Positions 1-8,593 of a stretch of 32,000 nt of DNA are shown here, one piece after another (position 1 is the first letter of the stretch; each line of letters starts with the position of its first letter). Origin of the DNA: Candidatus Scalindua sp. (GTDB lineage Bacteria; Planctomycetota; Brocadiia; Brocadiales; Scalinduaceae); assembly GCA_031316235.1 (NCBI GenBank), contig JALDRA010000001.1, positions 2,880,001-2,912,000 of the forward strand. Direction: 5' to 3'. The translations under genes were made by a program, and so were the position numbers. The notes under the pieces are model-generated. The model saw nothing but the letters and a program-made list of their open reading frames with translations, ran no database searches and was not told the DNA's origin.

Positions 1-94
1 TTCTGAGTTAACGGAGAAGATAAGGAAAAAGACTGAGTTGAATAGCAATATCAAGAAGATACAGGACAATAGTACAGATTCGGAAGGAGTGTGA
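1..94 (+). CDS. C-terminal fragment of an upstream ORF cut by the window edge; product unknown
   Basis: Frame starting at nt 2 is open to TGA 92-94 (...SELTEKIRKKTELNSNIKKIQDNSTDSEGV*) and ends 3 nt before the motA ATG. Too short to assign. Confidence 0.25.
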   Translation, partial: SELTEKIRKKTELNSNIKKIQDNSTDSEGV

Positions 95-97
95 GGT

Positions 98-904
98 ATG
101 GATATAGCAACACCTGCAGGTATGTTGTTAGGTATGATATTGCTTATCGTATCAATTGTTTTGGCAGGAGGAGTATCTGGCATTGGATCATTTATCGATG
201 TTCCTTCCGGCATGATTGTTGTTGGTGGAACTCTTGCGGCAACACTTGTCCGATATCCATTGGCTAATGTTATCGGGTTGATAGGTATTATTATGAAGAC
301 TATTTTTATTAAATTGAGTTCACCACAAGAGGAAATGAACAGGCTTGTAGAATTTGCCAGGGTTGCACGCAGAGAAGGGTTGCTTGCTCTTGAAAACAAG
401 GTTGCAGATGTCAAAGACGCATTTCTTGCAAAGGGAATACAATTATTAGTAGATGGAACTGATGCTGACGGTCTTCGCTCAATACTTGGTTCAGAGATAG
501 ACATGGTTCGCCAGAGACACTCTGTGGGTAAGGGTATCCTTGAGTCAATGGGGGCAGCATCTCCTGCCTTTGGTATGTTAGGGACCCTTATAGGACTGGT
601 GCTAATGCTGCAGTCTCTGGATGACCCGTCAAAGATTGGAGGTGGTATGGCTACAGCGCTCATAACAACATTTTATGGAGTTTTGTTAGCTAACCTCTTC
701 TGCTTGCCAATGGGTGGAAAGCTTGGTTTAAGGTCAAAGGAAGAAACGCTTGTGAAAGAGCTCGTGCTGGAAGGCATTGTTGCTATACAGTCCGGAGATG
801 CTCCTAATCTGGTCGAAGAAAAACTGAAAAGTTTTCTGGCCCCGAAAGAAAGGAAAGAAAAGAAGCTTGAAGACCTGAAAGACAAGATAAGGGAAAAACA
901 GTAA
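98..904 (+). CDS. motA: Flagellar stator protein MotA/PomA (MotA/TolQ/ExbB channel family)
   Basis: 268 aa with hydrophobic N-terminal TM pair and the C-terminal TM pair motif PAFGMLGTLIGLV...ALITTFYGVLLANLF typical of MotA. Purine-rich RBS (aggagtgtgagg) sits before the ATG. The stop overlaps the motB start (TAATG, 902-906). Confidence 0.9.
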   Translation: MDIATPAGMLLGMILLIVSIVLAGGVSGIGSFIDVPSGMIVVGGTLAATLVRYPLANVIGLIGIIMKTIFIKLSSPQEEMNRLVEFARVARREGLLALENKVADVKDAFLAKGIQLLVDGTDADGLRSILGSEIDMVRQRHSVGKGILESMGAASPAFGMLGTLIGLVLMLQSLDDPSKIGGGMATALITTFYGVLLANLFCLPMGGKLGLRSKEETLVKELVLEGIVAIQSGDAPNLVEEKLKSFLAPKERKEKKLEDLKDKIREKQ

Positions 905-1623
905 TGGAAGAAGAAAAAGGGGCAGATGCGAATGCATGGGTAGCTTCTTTCGGTGATCTGATTACTCTCCTGATGACATTTTTTGTGCTGATCATTTCAA
1001 TGAGTGTTATCAAAATGGATGAGATTGTCGAAGCCATTAATAAGAATGATGGTCTGGGTGACAATCTGGTCAGCGCAGATCTGAAGGAAACAGGAATTTT
1101 TGAAAAGCAAACTATGAGTAAGATACAACTCTTGATGGAAGGAGATGGCCTTCCTCCTCCGCTGGAAGACATTGAATTTCTGCATGACTCTGTCGTTGTA
1201 TTTGTAAGTGAGAATAGTCTTGATAATGTGATAGATTTAGAGAAAACCAGGAACGGATTCATAATTCGAATCAGGGCGGATATCCTGTTCGATCCGGGTA
1301 ATACAAAACCAAAAGATCAATACCTGTATTTGTTAGATGAGATAGCGGAATTGTTGGGTGCGGTATCAAACGATGTGAGAATAGAGGGACATACGGATGA
1401 TCGTTACTCCGAAGATGTATATGAAGATATCAGATTGTCTGTTTCCCGGGCAACAAGTATTTGCGGGTATTTTGTAGACAGGTGGAATATGGATCCTTCT
1501 CGTATTGGAGTTGCAGGTTACGGTAAACATCGCCCTCTTTTTCCAAACATTGATGAAGAGAACCGTGCAATGAACAGGCGGGTTGAAATTATAGTAAAAG
1601 AACAGGGGCAGGAAGATGGCTAA
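904..1623 (+). CDS. motB: Flagellar stator protein MotB (OmpA-like peptidoglycan-binding C-terminus)
   Basis: N-terminal single TM with the canonical WVASFGDLITLLMTFFVLI motif (Asp codon 955-957). C-terminal OmpA-like signature HTDD...RLSVSRA...GYGKHRP...NRRVEIIV. Translationally coupled to motA. Confidence 0.9.
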   Translation: MEEEKGADANAWVASFGDLITLLMTFFVLIISMSVIKMDEIVEAINKNDGLGDNLVSADLKETGIFEKQTMSKIQLLMEGDGLPPPLEDIEFLHDSVVVFVSENSLDNVIDLEKTRNGFIIRIRADILFDPGNTKPKDQYLYLLDEIAELLGAVSNDVRIEGHTDDRYSEDVYEDIRLSVSRATSICGYFVDRWNMDPSRIGVAGYGKHRPLFPNIDEENRAMNRRVEIIVKEQGQEDG

Positions 1624-2389
1624 CGAGGGAAACGCAGAAACCAATGATGACCAATCTGTTATTGGCAAGGCTTCACAATCTTTCAGCAGGTTATTGAAAA
1701 AGAAGCCTGCTGATGATGCAGCTCCAGAGATGGATATGATGGCATTTGCATCAATGATGACCATCCTGCTTGCATTCTTTATTATGCTGTCCAGCTTTGC
1801 CGGTAAACCGAACGATGAAAAAGCAAAAGAGGCGATTGAATCATTTAAGGAGGCATTAGAGAATTTTGGTCTCAGCAGAATGTCAATGGCTAAGAGCGAT
1901 TCTATTGACAATTTGACCCTGGTTTTAAAGAAACTAGGAGTGAAATCAAATGATGATGAGTCTATTGTCGTCGGGAAAAAGGCCTTTAATATAGTTGATG
2001 ACAATATTACATTAGAGTATGAACGCAGAAAGCAGCAATTGTTCTTTCCAACCAAGATTGATTTTGTGAAGGGAGGAGTAGAGCTTACAAAGGAGAGCAA
2101 GGCATATCTGAACAGTTTGCTAAAGACAATTAAGGAGAGAGATTGCCAGGTAACTGTTTGCAGTTATACAGATAATGGTTTTGTCCCCAGTGACAAATAC
2201 CAGACTAGCTGGCAATTTTCAGCAGAGCAGGCCATGGCTGTAATACGTTATCTGAATGATGTCGGGAAAATCAGTTTTAAGAGATTGACAGCTATAGGAT
2301 ATGGCAAATATAGACCGTTATTAGGAGACGAATCAATATTTAATACAGAGGCAAATAACAGGATAAATATTATCGTTTCTCATAATTAA
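1616..2389 (+). CDS. MotB-like paralog (TM + divergent OmpA-like domain) lacking the conserved channel Asp
   Basis: 257 aa. TM motif MAFASMMTILLAFFIML aligns with the MotB FGDLITLLMTFF motif but has Ser (codon 1751-1753) where Asp is expected. C-terminus YTDNG...QFSAEQA...GYGKYRP...NNRINIIV is OmpA-like but degraded. The start overlaps the motB stop (ATGGCTAA, 1616-1623). Confidence 0.75.
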   Translation: MANEGNAETNDDQSVIGKASQSFSRLLKKKPADDAAPEMDMMAFASMMTILLAFFIMLSSFAGKPNDEKAKEAIESFKEALENFGLSRMSMAKSDSIDNLTLVLKKLGVKSNDDESIVVGKKAFNIVDDNITLEYERRKQQLFFPTKIDFVKGGVELTKESKAYLNSLLKTIKERDCQVTVCSYTDNGFVPSDKYQTSWQFSAEQAMAVIRYLNDVGKISFKRLTAIGYGKYRPLLGDESIFNTEANNRINIIVSHN

Positions 2390-2463
2390 TTTCCTTTCCG
2401 GTCTATTGATTAGTCAGGAGAATGTTATATTCTCAGTGACATGGCGGAGGTGAACCGTTTTGT

Positions 2464-3180
2464 TTGGAAGCAAAAAAAATGGAAGAAGAAAAACAAAATG
2501 AGATGGTGGATGAAATTACTGAATACGAGAAGCGAGAGAATGCAGAAATTGCTGATGGAAATTATGATAACGTGTCCAGTGGCAACAATTCTGATGCTCT
2601 CGGTTTGAAAGCAACAGTGATTATTGCCGTAATTGCAATCGCATCGGTAGCTTGTGCATTCGTATTCGTATCAAAGATGAATTCTTCTTCGAAAGAGAGT
2701 CTGCTTGATAGGGAAAAAACAGGTAGCAAGAAAATCACACGCGACACAACAGTGGTAGAAGTTACAGGAGATAAACCTGATAAAACGAATAAGAAACCCA
2801 AAAAACAGAGTAAGGGGAATAATTCTGAAAATAATGATAATGAATCCGAGGAAGAAAACGGGGAGGAGATGGAGGGTAACAGTATCGTACCACTGGAAAG
2901 CATTGTCGTAAACCTCGGGGGAGTAGGCAGCCGGAGGTATCTTCGTGTGCTGATAAATCTTGAGGTAGAGAGTGGGGAAGCTGAAGGCAAGATAAAAGAA
3001 AAGATTGTTATGCTGAGAGATAAAATGATTTCATTACTTTCTGCAAAATCTGCAAAAGAGATCGAGACAGAAGGAAGTTTGCTTCGGTTGCGTCTGGAGA
3101 TTAAGAATATCTTAAATGAAGTATTAGGAACCGGCGAAACAATTAAACAGGTTTACTTTTCTGATTTTATCATACAATAA
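2464..3180 (+). CDS. fliL: Flagellar basal-body-associated protein FliL (extended, low-complexity N-terminal half)
   Basis: TM segment (ATVIIAVIAIASVACAFVFV) followed by a FliL-type C-terminal domain (IVPLESIVVNLGGVGSRRYLRVLINLEVES...LRDKMISLL...IKQVYFSDFIIQ). Lies between motB and fliM. Start is ambiguous: TTG at 2464 (GGAGGTG at 2446-2452) or ATG at 2479. Confidence 0.8.
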   Translation: MEAKKMEEEKQNEMVDEITEYEKRENAEIADGNYDNVSSGNNSDALGLKATVIIAVIAIASVACAFVFVSKMNSSSKESLLDREKTGSKKITRDTTVVEVTGDKPDKTNKKPKKQSKGNNSENNDNESEEENGEEMEGNSIVPLESIVVNLGGVGSRRYLRVLINLEVESGEAEGKIKEKIVMLRDKMISLLSAKSAKEIETEGSLLRLRLEIKNILNEVLGTGETIKQVYFSDFIIQ

Positions 3181-3182
3181 AA

Positions 3183-4178
3183 ATGAAGGATACAGACAAT
3201 ACAATCCTGACTTCTGAAGAAGTTGAAAACCTTCTCACCTCATTTCACCAAAGCGATAGAGCCCAAGGGCATTTGGATATAATTGAAGAAGGGACAGCGA
3301 AGTATTACGACTTTAAGCGGCCAAATACGATATCAAGGGAAAAGAAGCGTTTGTTATATAAGCTGTATGAAAATACTGCATATCAGATAAGCAGAGGAGT
3401 ATCTAATTATCTGAGGTCCACCGTGAAGGTTACACTGGATTCTATTGACGAATTAAGCTTTGAAATATTTAAAGCTACGTGCCCCGATCTGATTTATATA
3501 AGTACCGTCAAATTGAAGCCCCTGAATGGTTTTGGGTGTATTTCGCTAGAATTGGGTTTATGCATGACTATGGTCGAAGTTGCCTTTGGGGGTTCTTCAA
3601 AGAATCAAAATGAAATACGAAAACCAACTGATATAGAGATAGCAATTCTTAGTAATGTTGTTTCAATTATTGTAGAGAAAATAAAGAGTTCATGGGAACC
3701 ATTCCAGGCGATGAACTGGAGAGTTGCAGAGACATCAGTGGAGTCTCGTTATCTCAACATTGCTTCTGAGTCAGATGTGGTATTGGTTGTCTCCTTCAGT
3801 GTCAATCTCGATTACGCATTTGGTGAAATCAAATTCTGTGTGCCGGTGGCCAGTATGGAGAGTACAATTAATCGCTTTCACGACAGTAACAAATCAAATA
3901 ATGCGGGTCGTACTGATAACGCATACAGTGAAATGCTGGAGAAACTGGTGAATGGGTTACGTGTGGATGTCGTTGGTATTCTTGACAAGGTCAATATTAC
4001 CGTAAATGACCTGGTTAACCTCAAGAAGGGTGATGTTATCAGGTTGGGAAGCAAGGTTTCCGATGATTTGAAGATCGTGGTAGAAGGTAAAAACAAATTT
4101 TATGGAAAATTAGGACTCTTAGGTTCTAAAAAGGCTATGCAAATTACTTCGGTTGCCGATGGCTATTCTGACGAATAA
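3183..4178 (+). CDS. fliM: Flagellar motor switch protein FliM
   Basis: 331 aa. N-terminal CheY-P docking-type motif ILTSEEVENLL. C-terminal SpoA/FliN-like segment (VNLKKGDVIRLGSKVSDDLKIVVEGKNKFYGKLG). Starts 2 nt after fliL. Confidence 0.9.
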   Translation: MKDTDNTILTSEEVENLLTSFHQSDRAQGHLDIIEEGTAKYYDFKRPNTISREKKRLLYKLYENTAYQISRGVSNYLRSTVKVTLDSIDELSFEIFKATCPDLIYISTVKLKPLNGFGCISLELGLCMTMVEVAFGGSSKNQNEIRKPTDIEIAILSNVVSIIVEKIKSSWEPFQAMNWRVAETSVESRYLNIASESDVVLVVSFSVNLDYAFGEIKFCVPVASMESTINRFHDSNKSNNAGRTDNAYSEMLEKLVNGLRVDVVGILDKVNITVNDLVNLKKGDVIRLGSKVSDDLKIVVEGKNKFYGKLGLLGSKKAMQITSVADGYSDE

Positions 4179-4201
4179 TAGTAATAAAAGGAGGATATTC
4201 T

Positions 4202-4582
4202 ATGAATGAAAAAGATAGTGAAGTTCATGAAAATTCTGATAAGGAATCAGAGAATAAAGATTCGGTAAAATCAGTTCAGTTGTCTCCTTTAAAACCTGTA
4301 CCGAACCTGGAGGAGGGTATGCATCGGAATATAGATATGCTCATGGACGTTCACATACCTGTACTTGTCGAACTTGGAAAGGCAGAGATGGTGATAAGCG
4401 ATATACTAAAATTAAATCCAGGGTCGATTATTGAGCTTGACAGTCTTGCCGGAGAACCCGTTAAGATTACCGTTCGAGGTAAGACTATTGCCCTTGGTGA
4501 GGTCGTGGTGGTTGACGAAAACTTTGGAGTAAAAATTTCAAAAATTTCCAACCAGCAGGATAGAATACAGAGCATGGGGTGA
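4202..4582 (+). CDS. fliN: Flagellar motor switch protein FliN
   Basis: 126 aa. SpoA domain IPVLVELGKAEMVISDILKLNPGSIIELDSLAGEPVKITVRGKTIALGEVVVVDENFGVKI. RBS aaggagg upstream. Confidence 0.9.
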   Translation: MNEKDSEVHENSDKESENKDSVKSVQLSPLKPVPNLEEGMHRNIDMLMDVHIPVLVELGKAEMVISDILKLNPGSIIELDSLAGEPVKITVRGKTIALGEVVVVDENFGVKISKISNQQDRIQSMG

Positions 4583-5137
4583 ATTTTTCTGAGAGAAACT
4601 ATGTAATTCCTTCCTCATTTAAGTAAGTATTTTTTTATTGCATACCTGGTCCCTTCATATGATTTTATCCAGAGAAACATCACATGTTTAATATAACTAC
4701 GATTAGTGGGAAAAGACTACATGGAATTTTTATTTCATCCTTTCGTACCGGTAAATAAGAAGCGACATTTACTATCTCAATAAATCAAACAAAGGTATGT
4801 TTTTATTTACTAAGAACATAAAATAGTTTTTCATACATGGTGTTTTCGTGCTGATCAGATGGTATCTGATTTGCTATTTTACCTACCGACTCCTTTTAAT
4901 TACATGCATGGGTTTTTTAATACCAGGTTTATCTACGTCAGCACGCCTTCCTGAACTATATATTCGTGCAGGTGGTAAAAATGGTAGTAAGTAACCACAT
5001 GGATCTCCTTGTATTAATATGAAAGTGTCAAGCCTGGCTGTGCGATCCGCGCGGAAAGGTGCTTACGTAAAGGCAGTCAATATGCCTTTAACCCGTAAAC
5101 GTAATTTGAATATCATAAGATCTTAAGAAGGTGAAAA

Positions 5138-5635
5138 ATGAGGAAAAATTGTAATTGGATGACCATGGCTGTTCTAACCTTCATTTTATTATCTGTTTTT
5201 CTCTCTTTTACAAAAGCGCAAAACATTACTCTGGCAGGTGAAAATGATTCTTCCTTGTTTCTGCGTGATACGAACAAAAAAGAAACGCCCGGTACGGTAC
5301 CTATGTACACCAAGATAATAAGTTCTCTTCTTGTGCTCATTGCCATAATAATCGCAGTAGTGTTTGTTTTAAGGAAAAACTATGGATTCAAGACAAGTAT
5401 CGGAAGAGGTAAAAGATATCTCCAGGTATTGGATCATCAAACGCTGGGTGTAAAGAAGTCAATTTTTCTGGTGAAGATCCCTGGTAAACATCTGTTGCTT
5501 GGTGTGACGAATGAAAGGGTTGGTTTAATAGCTGAGGTTGCAAATGAAGACCTGGAAGTTTCTGGTGAAAGAGTTAATAAGAATGAGTTTATAAATTTAA
5601 TTAAAAAATCGTATTTTGAAAAGAAGCAGGCATGA
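5138..5635 (+). CDS. fliO: Flagellar biosynthesis protein FliO/FliZ-like
   Basis: 165 aa. Signal-like N-terminus, central TM (IISSLLVLIAIIIAVVFVL), then ...YLQVLDHQTLGVKKSIFLVKIPGKHLLLGVT, a typical FliO pattern. Stop overlaps the fliP start (ATGA, 5632-5635). RBS gaaggtg. Confidence 0.65.
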   Translation: MRKNCNWMTMAVLTFILLSVFLSFTKAQNITLAGENDSSLFLRDTNKKETPGTVPMYTKIISSLLVLIAIIIAVVFVLRKNYGFKTSIGRGKRYLQVLDHQTLGVKKSIFLVKIPGKHLLLGVTNERVGLIAEVANEDLEVSGERVNKNEFINLIKKSYFEKKQA

Positions 5636-6402
5636 ATAGTATTTTCCGTACATTATCCTCCTTGATGCTGTTATGTGGAACGTTTATTTTGTTTCCGCAG
5701 CTGACGGATGCAGGAGAGACGCCTGATTCTCCGCTTAGTATGACCATAAATATGGGGGACTTGAGTAAACCAAAGGAACTGGTCAGTGTTGTAAAGATAT
5801 TTCTGCTGATGACATCATTAACCATTCTGCCGGGTTTATTGCTGGTTATGACCTCCTTTACTCGAATTATTATTGTATTGTCATTTGCAAGAAGGGCATT
5901 GTCTTTCCAGCAGATGCCGCCTAATCAGATATTAATAGGTATGGCACTTTTTATCACGTATTTTGTTATGGCGCCGGTTTTTACACAGATCAATGATAAT
6001 GCCATTCAACCGTTTATAAAGGAAGAAATTCAGCAAAAAGAGGCACTTGACATTGGCTTGGGTTCCCTGAGGATCTTTATGTCCAGGCAAACGAGAGAAA
6101 AGGATATTGCACTGTTTTATAATATTTCCAAAATGGACAGACCGAGCTCTCTTGAAGCTGTTCCTACGCACATTTTAATACCAGCTTTTGTTTTAAGTGA
6201 ATTAAAGACGGCCTTTCAAATGGGATTTGTTGTCTATTTGCCTTTTATTGTGATAGATCTGGTTGTAGCAAGCGTCTTAACCTCAATGGGTATGTTTATG
6301 CTTCCTCCGATGATGATTTCTGTACCATTTAAGGTTGTTTTATTTGTACTTGTTGACGGCTGGCATTTGGTTATTCAGTCGTTAGTATCGAGTATCAGAT
6401 AG
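5632..6402 (+). CDS. fliP: Flagellar type III export apparatus protein FliP
   Basis: 256 aa. Signal peptide-like N-terminus and conserved FliP core (LTILPGLLLVMTSFTRIIIVLSFARRALSFQQMPPNQILIGMALFITYFVMAPV). Confidence 0.95.
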   Translation: MNSIFRTLSSLMLLCGTFILFPQLTDAGETPDSPLSMTINMGDLSKPKELVSVVKIFLLMTSLTILPGLLLVMTSFTRIIIVLSFARRALSFQQMPPNQILIGMALFITYFVMAPVFTQINDNAIQPFIKEEIQQKEALDIGLGSLRIFMSRQTREKDIALFYNISKMDRPSSLEAVPTHILIPAFVLSELKTAFQMGFVVYLPFIVIDLVVASVLTSMGMFMLPPMMISVPFKVVLFVLVDGWHLVIQSLVSSIR

Positions 6403-6453
6403 GCAGGAACCGGGTATTTATCAACTTATCTTTCCGGGAAATGAAAAGCGAGT

Positions 6454-6723
6454 ATGGGACAGGATATTGTAATAGATCTTGGTAGGCAAACGTTATGGAT
6501 TACCTTGTTGTTAATCGGACCACTTATTGGGACGGCACTTGTGATCGGTCTCTTGGTAGGAATCTTTCAGGCGGCGACAAGTATTCAAGAACAGACGCTT
6601 ACATTTTTGCCGAAACTTTTTGGGGTCATAGGGGTCTTTGTTTTTGCGATGCCCTGGTTCCTTGAAAAATTATTGGCATTTACTTCTGCACTGTTGAGAA
6701 ATCTTTTTAATTACTCTTTCTGA
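6454..6723 (+). CDS. fliQ: Flagellar type III export apparatus protein FliQ
   Basis: 89 aa, two TM segments, conserved ...GIFQAATSIQEQTLTFLPKL... motif. Confidence 0.9.
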   Translation: MGQDIVIDLGRQTLWITLLLIGPLIGTALVIGLLVGIFQAATSIQEQTLTFLPKLFGVIGVFVFAMPWFLEKLLAFTSALLRNLFNYSF

Positions 6724-6729
6724 AATATA

Positions 6730-7500
6730 ATGCTCATAAACCTGATAAATATTCTTCCCTTGTTTACGATAGTCCTGTTCAGGACGGCAAGTATGCTCTT
6801 TTTTTCTCCAATCTTTAATCAGGTAAGTATGCCCATAATGGTGAAGATAGGCCTTGCAGTCGTTGTTTCAATTGTTATTTTTCCTGTTGTGGACAGTACA
6901 GGCTTTATGCTTCCGGGAAGTCTGATTGCCTTTATCTTAATCATTTTCAAGGAGATTGCAATTGGTTTTGTGATTGGGTATGGAGCTACGTTGATGTTCG
7001 GGGCATTTGTTGTTGCAGGTGATTTGATAAGTGGTGAGATCGGTTTGCAGATGGCAGAAATGTCTGATCCAATGTTTGGTGGAGAGGTAAACCAAATTTC
7101 TCAACTGATCCAGATGCTTGGATTCCTCCTCCTTCTGGCAATAAATGGGCACTACTGGGTAATCAATGCATTGTCCTTAAGCTATAAAACTGTACCCATA
7201 ACTGAATTTTTTTGGTCTGGTGCAACGATGAGCAAGATTTTAATGTTATTTCAGGGTGTATTTATTTCTGCAATAAAACTGGCAGCACCTCTCATGATTA
7301 TCATGTCACTCATCGTTGTTGTAACGGGAATCATAAGCAGGGCAACTCCGGAGATAGGTATACTCATGATTATTTTTCCTTTAAAGATTCTTGTCGGAAT
7401 TTTGATACTTGCGGTTACCTTTCCTTTCATGGTTCGTACAATGGAACATTTACTGAATGCACTTCGCAAAGACCTGTTTGGTCTGGTAGGGGGTATGTGA
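6730..7500 (+). CDS. fliR: Flagellar type III export apparatus protein FliR
   Basis: 256 aa polytopic membrane protein between fliQ and flhB, with hydrophobic profile and length typical of FliR. Gaps to its neighbours are 6 nt and 3 nt. Confidence 0.9.
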   Translation: MLINLINILPLFTIVLFRTASMLFFSPIFNQVSMPIMVKIGLAVVVSIVIFPVVDSTGFMLPGSLIAFILIIFKEIAIGFVIGYGATLMFGAFVVAGDLISGEIGLQMAEMSDPMFGGEVNQISQLIQMLGFLLLLAINGHYWVINALSLSYKTVPITEFFWSGATMSKILMLFQGVFISAIKLAAPLMIIMSLIVVVTGIISRATPEIGILMIIFPLKILVGILILAVTFPFMVRTMEHLLNALRKDLFGLVGGM

Positions 7501-7503
7501 TAC

Positions 7504-8568
7504 ATGGCATCCTTTGAAGAAAAAACAGAAGCAGCAACACCCAAACGGTTGCGAGATGCACGAAGCAAAGGAAATGTGGCGAAGAGTCAGGATTTTAATA
7601 CAGCAACAATACTGCTGTCCGGTATTTTAATTGTGTATTATTTAGGAGGTTCAATGATGGGCTATATGAAAGATACCATGAGCTCACTTTTAGGTAATAT
7701 CTTTTATGAAACATTTGATACGAGCACATTACAAACCTTAATGATAGACGTGTCGAGCAGGAATGTTAAAGGTGTGCTTCCAGTTCTCGGAGGAATTATG
7801 ATAGTTGGTGTAATAAGCTCATTTGCACAGGTTGGTGTGAATTATAGTCCAAAGGCGCTGATCCCGAATTTTAAAAAATTTAATCCCGTTACTGGTATTA
7901 AGAACATTGTATCAAAGAGATCTCTGGTTAAATTGGCAATGTCTCTTGTGAAAATAAGCATAATGGGAGGAGTTGCATATATATCGATCAGAAAAGACCT
8001 AGACCCCTTGATGGAATTGGTAAGTATGAGGATAGAAGGTATTTTTCAATCAGCATCGAGTTTGATTTTTGCAATGACACTGAAAATAACCATCATCCTG
8101 CTCATACTCTCTCTTATTGATTTCCTGTACCAGAGATGGCAGCATGCAAAAGATCAGAGAATGACAAAAACTGAGGTGAAACAAGAGTCAAAACAGTCAG
8201 AAGGTGATCCATTAATAAAGTCCAGGATCAAGAGTGCACAACGCGAGATGTCAAATAAGAGAATGATGAATGCGATTCCCGAAGCGGACGTCATTGTTAC
8301 CAATCCTACTCATTATGCAGTTGCACTCAAGTATAAGGCAGACACAATGAACGCACCGACAGTTATTGCAAAGGGTGTAGATTTTCTGGCATTGAAGATA
8401 ATTGAGATTGCAAAGAAAAATGATGTACCTACAGTTGAAGATAAAATTCTGGCACGAATATTATATAGTACGGTGGAAATTGAACAGGAAATTCCTCCAG
8501 ATTTGTTCCAGGCAGTGGCGAAAGTTCTCTCATATGTTTATCAATTACGTAATATGATAGGAAGGTAA
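7504..8568 (+). CDS. flhB: Flagellar type III export switch protein FlhB
   Basis: 354 aa. N-terminal EEKTEAATPKRLRDARSKGNVAKSQD and the NPTH autocleavage site (VIVTNPTHYAVALKY). Confidence 0.95.
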   Translation: MASFEEKTEAATPKRLRDARSKGNVAKSQDFNTATILLSGILIVYYLGGSMMGYMKDTMSSLLGNIFYETFDTSTLQTLMIDVSSRNVKGVLPVLGGIMIVGVISSFAQVGVNYSPKALIPNFKKFNPVTGIKNIVSKRSLVKLAMSLVKISIMGGVAYISIRKDLDPLMELVSMRIEGIFQSASSLIFAMTLKITIILLILSLIDFLYQRWQHAKDQRMTKTEVKQESKQSEGDPLIKSRIKSAQREMSNKRMMNAIPEADVIVTNPTHYAVALKYKADTMNAPTVIAKGVDFLALKIIEIAKKNDVPTVEDKILARILYSTVEIEQEIPPDLFQAVAKVLSYVYQLRNMIGR

Positions 8569-8593
8569 ATTACAACGAGAGGGTTAGAAAAGA

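Noticed and set aside
804-2100. Long minus-strand ORFs (804-1262, 1366-2100). Similar antisense ORFs occur at 2562-2990, 10838-11470 and 31621-31998.
   Set aside because: They lie entirely antisense to strongly supported flagellar genes (motA/motB, MotB-like, fliL, flhF, flgE). They have Ser/Phe/Leu-rich shadow-frame composition and no recognisable motifs.
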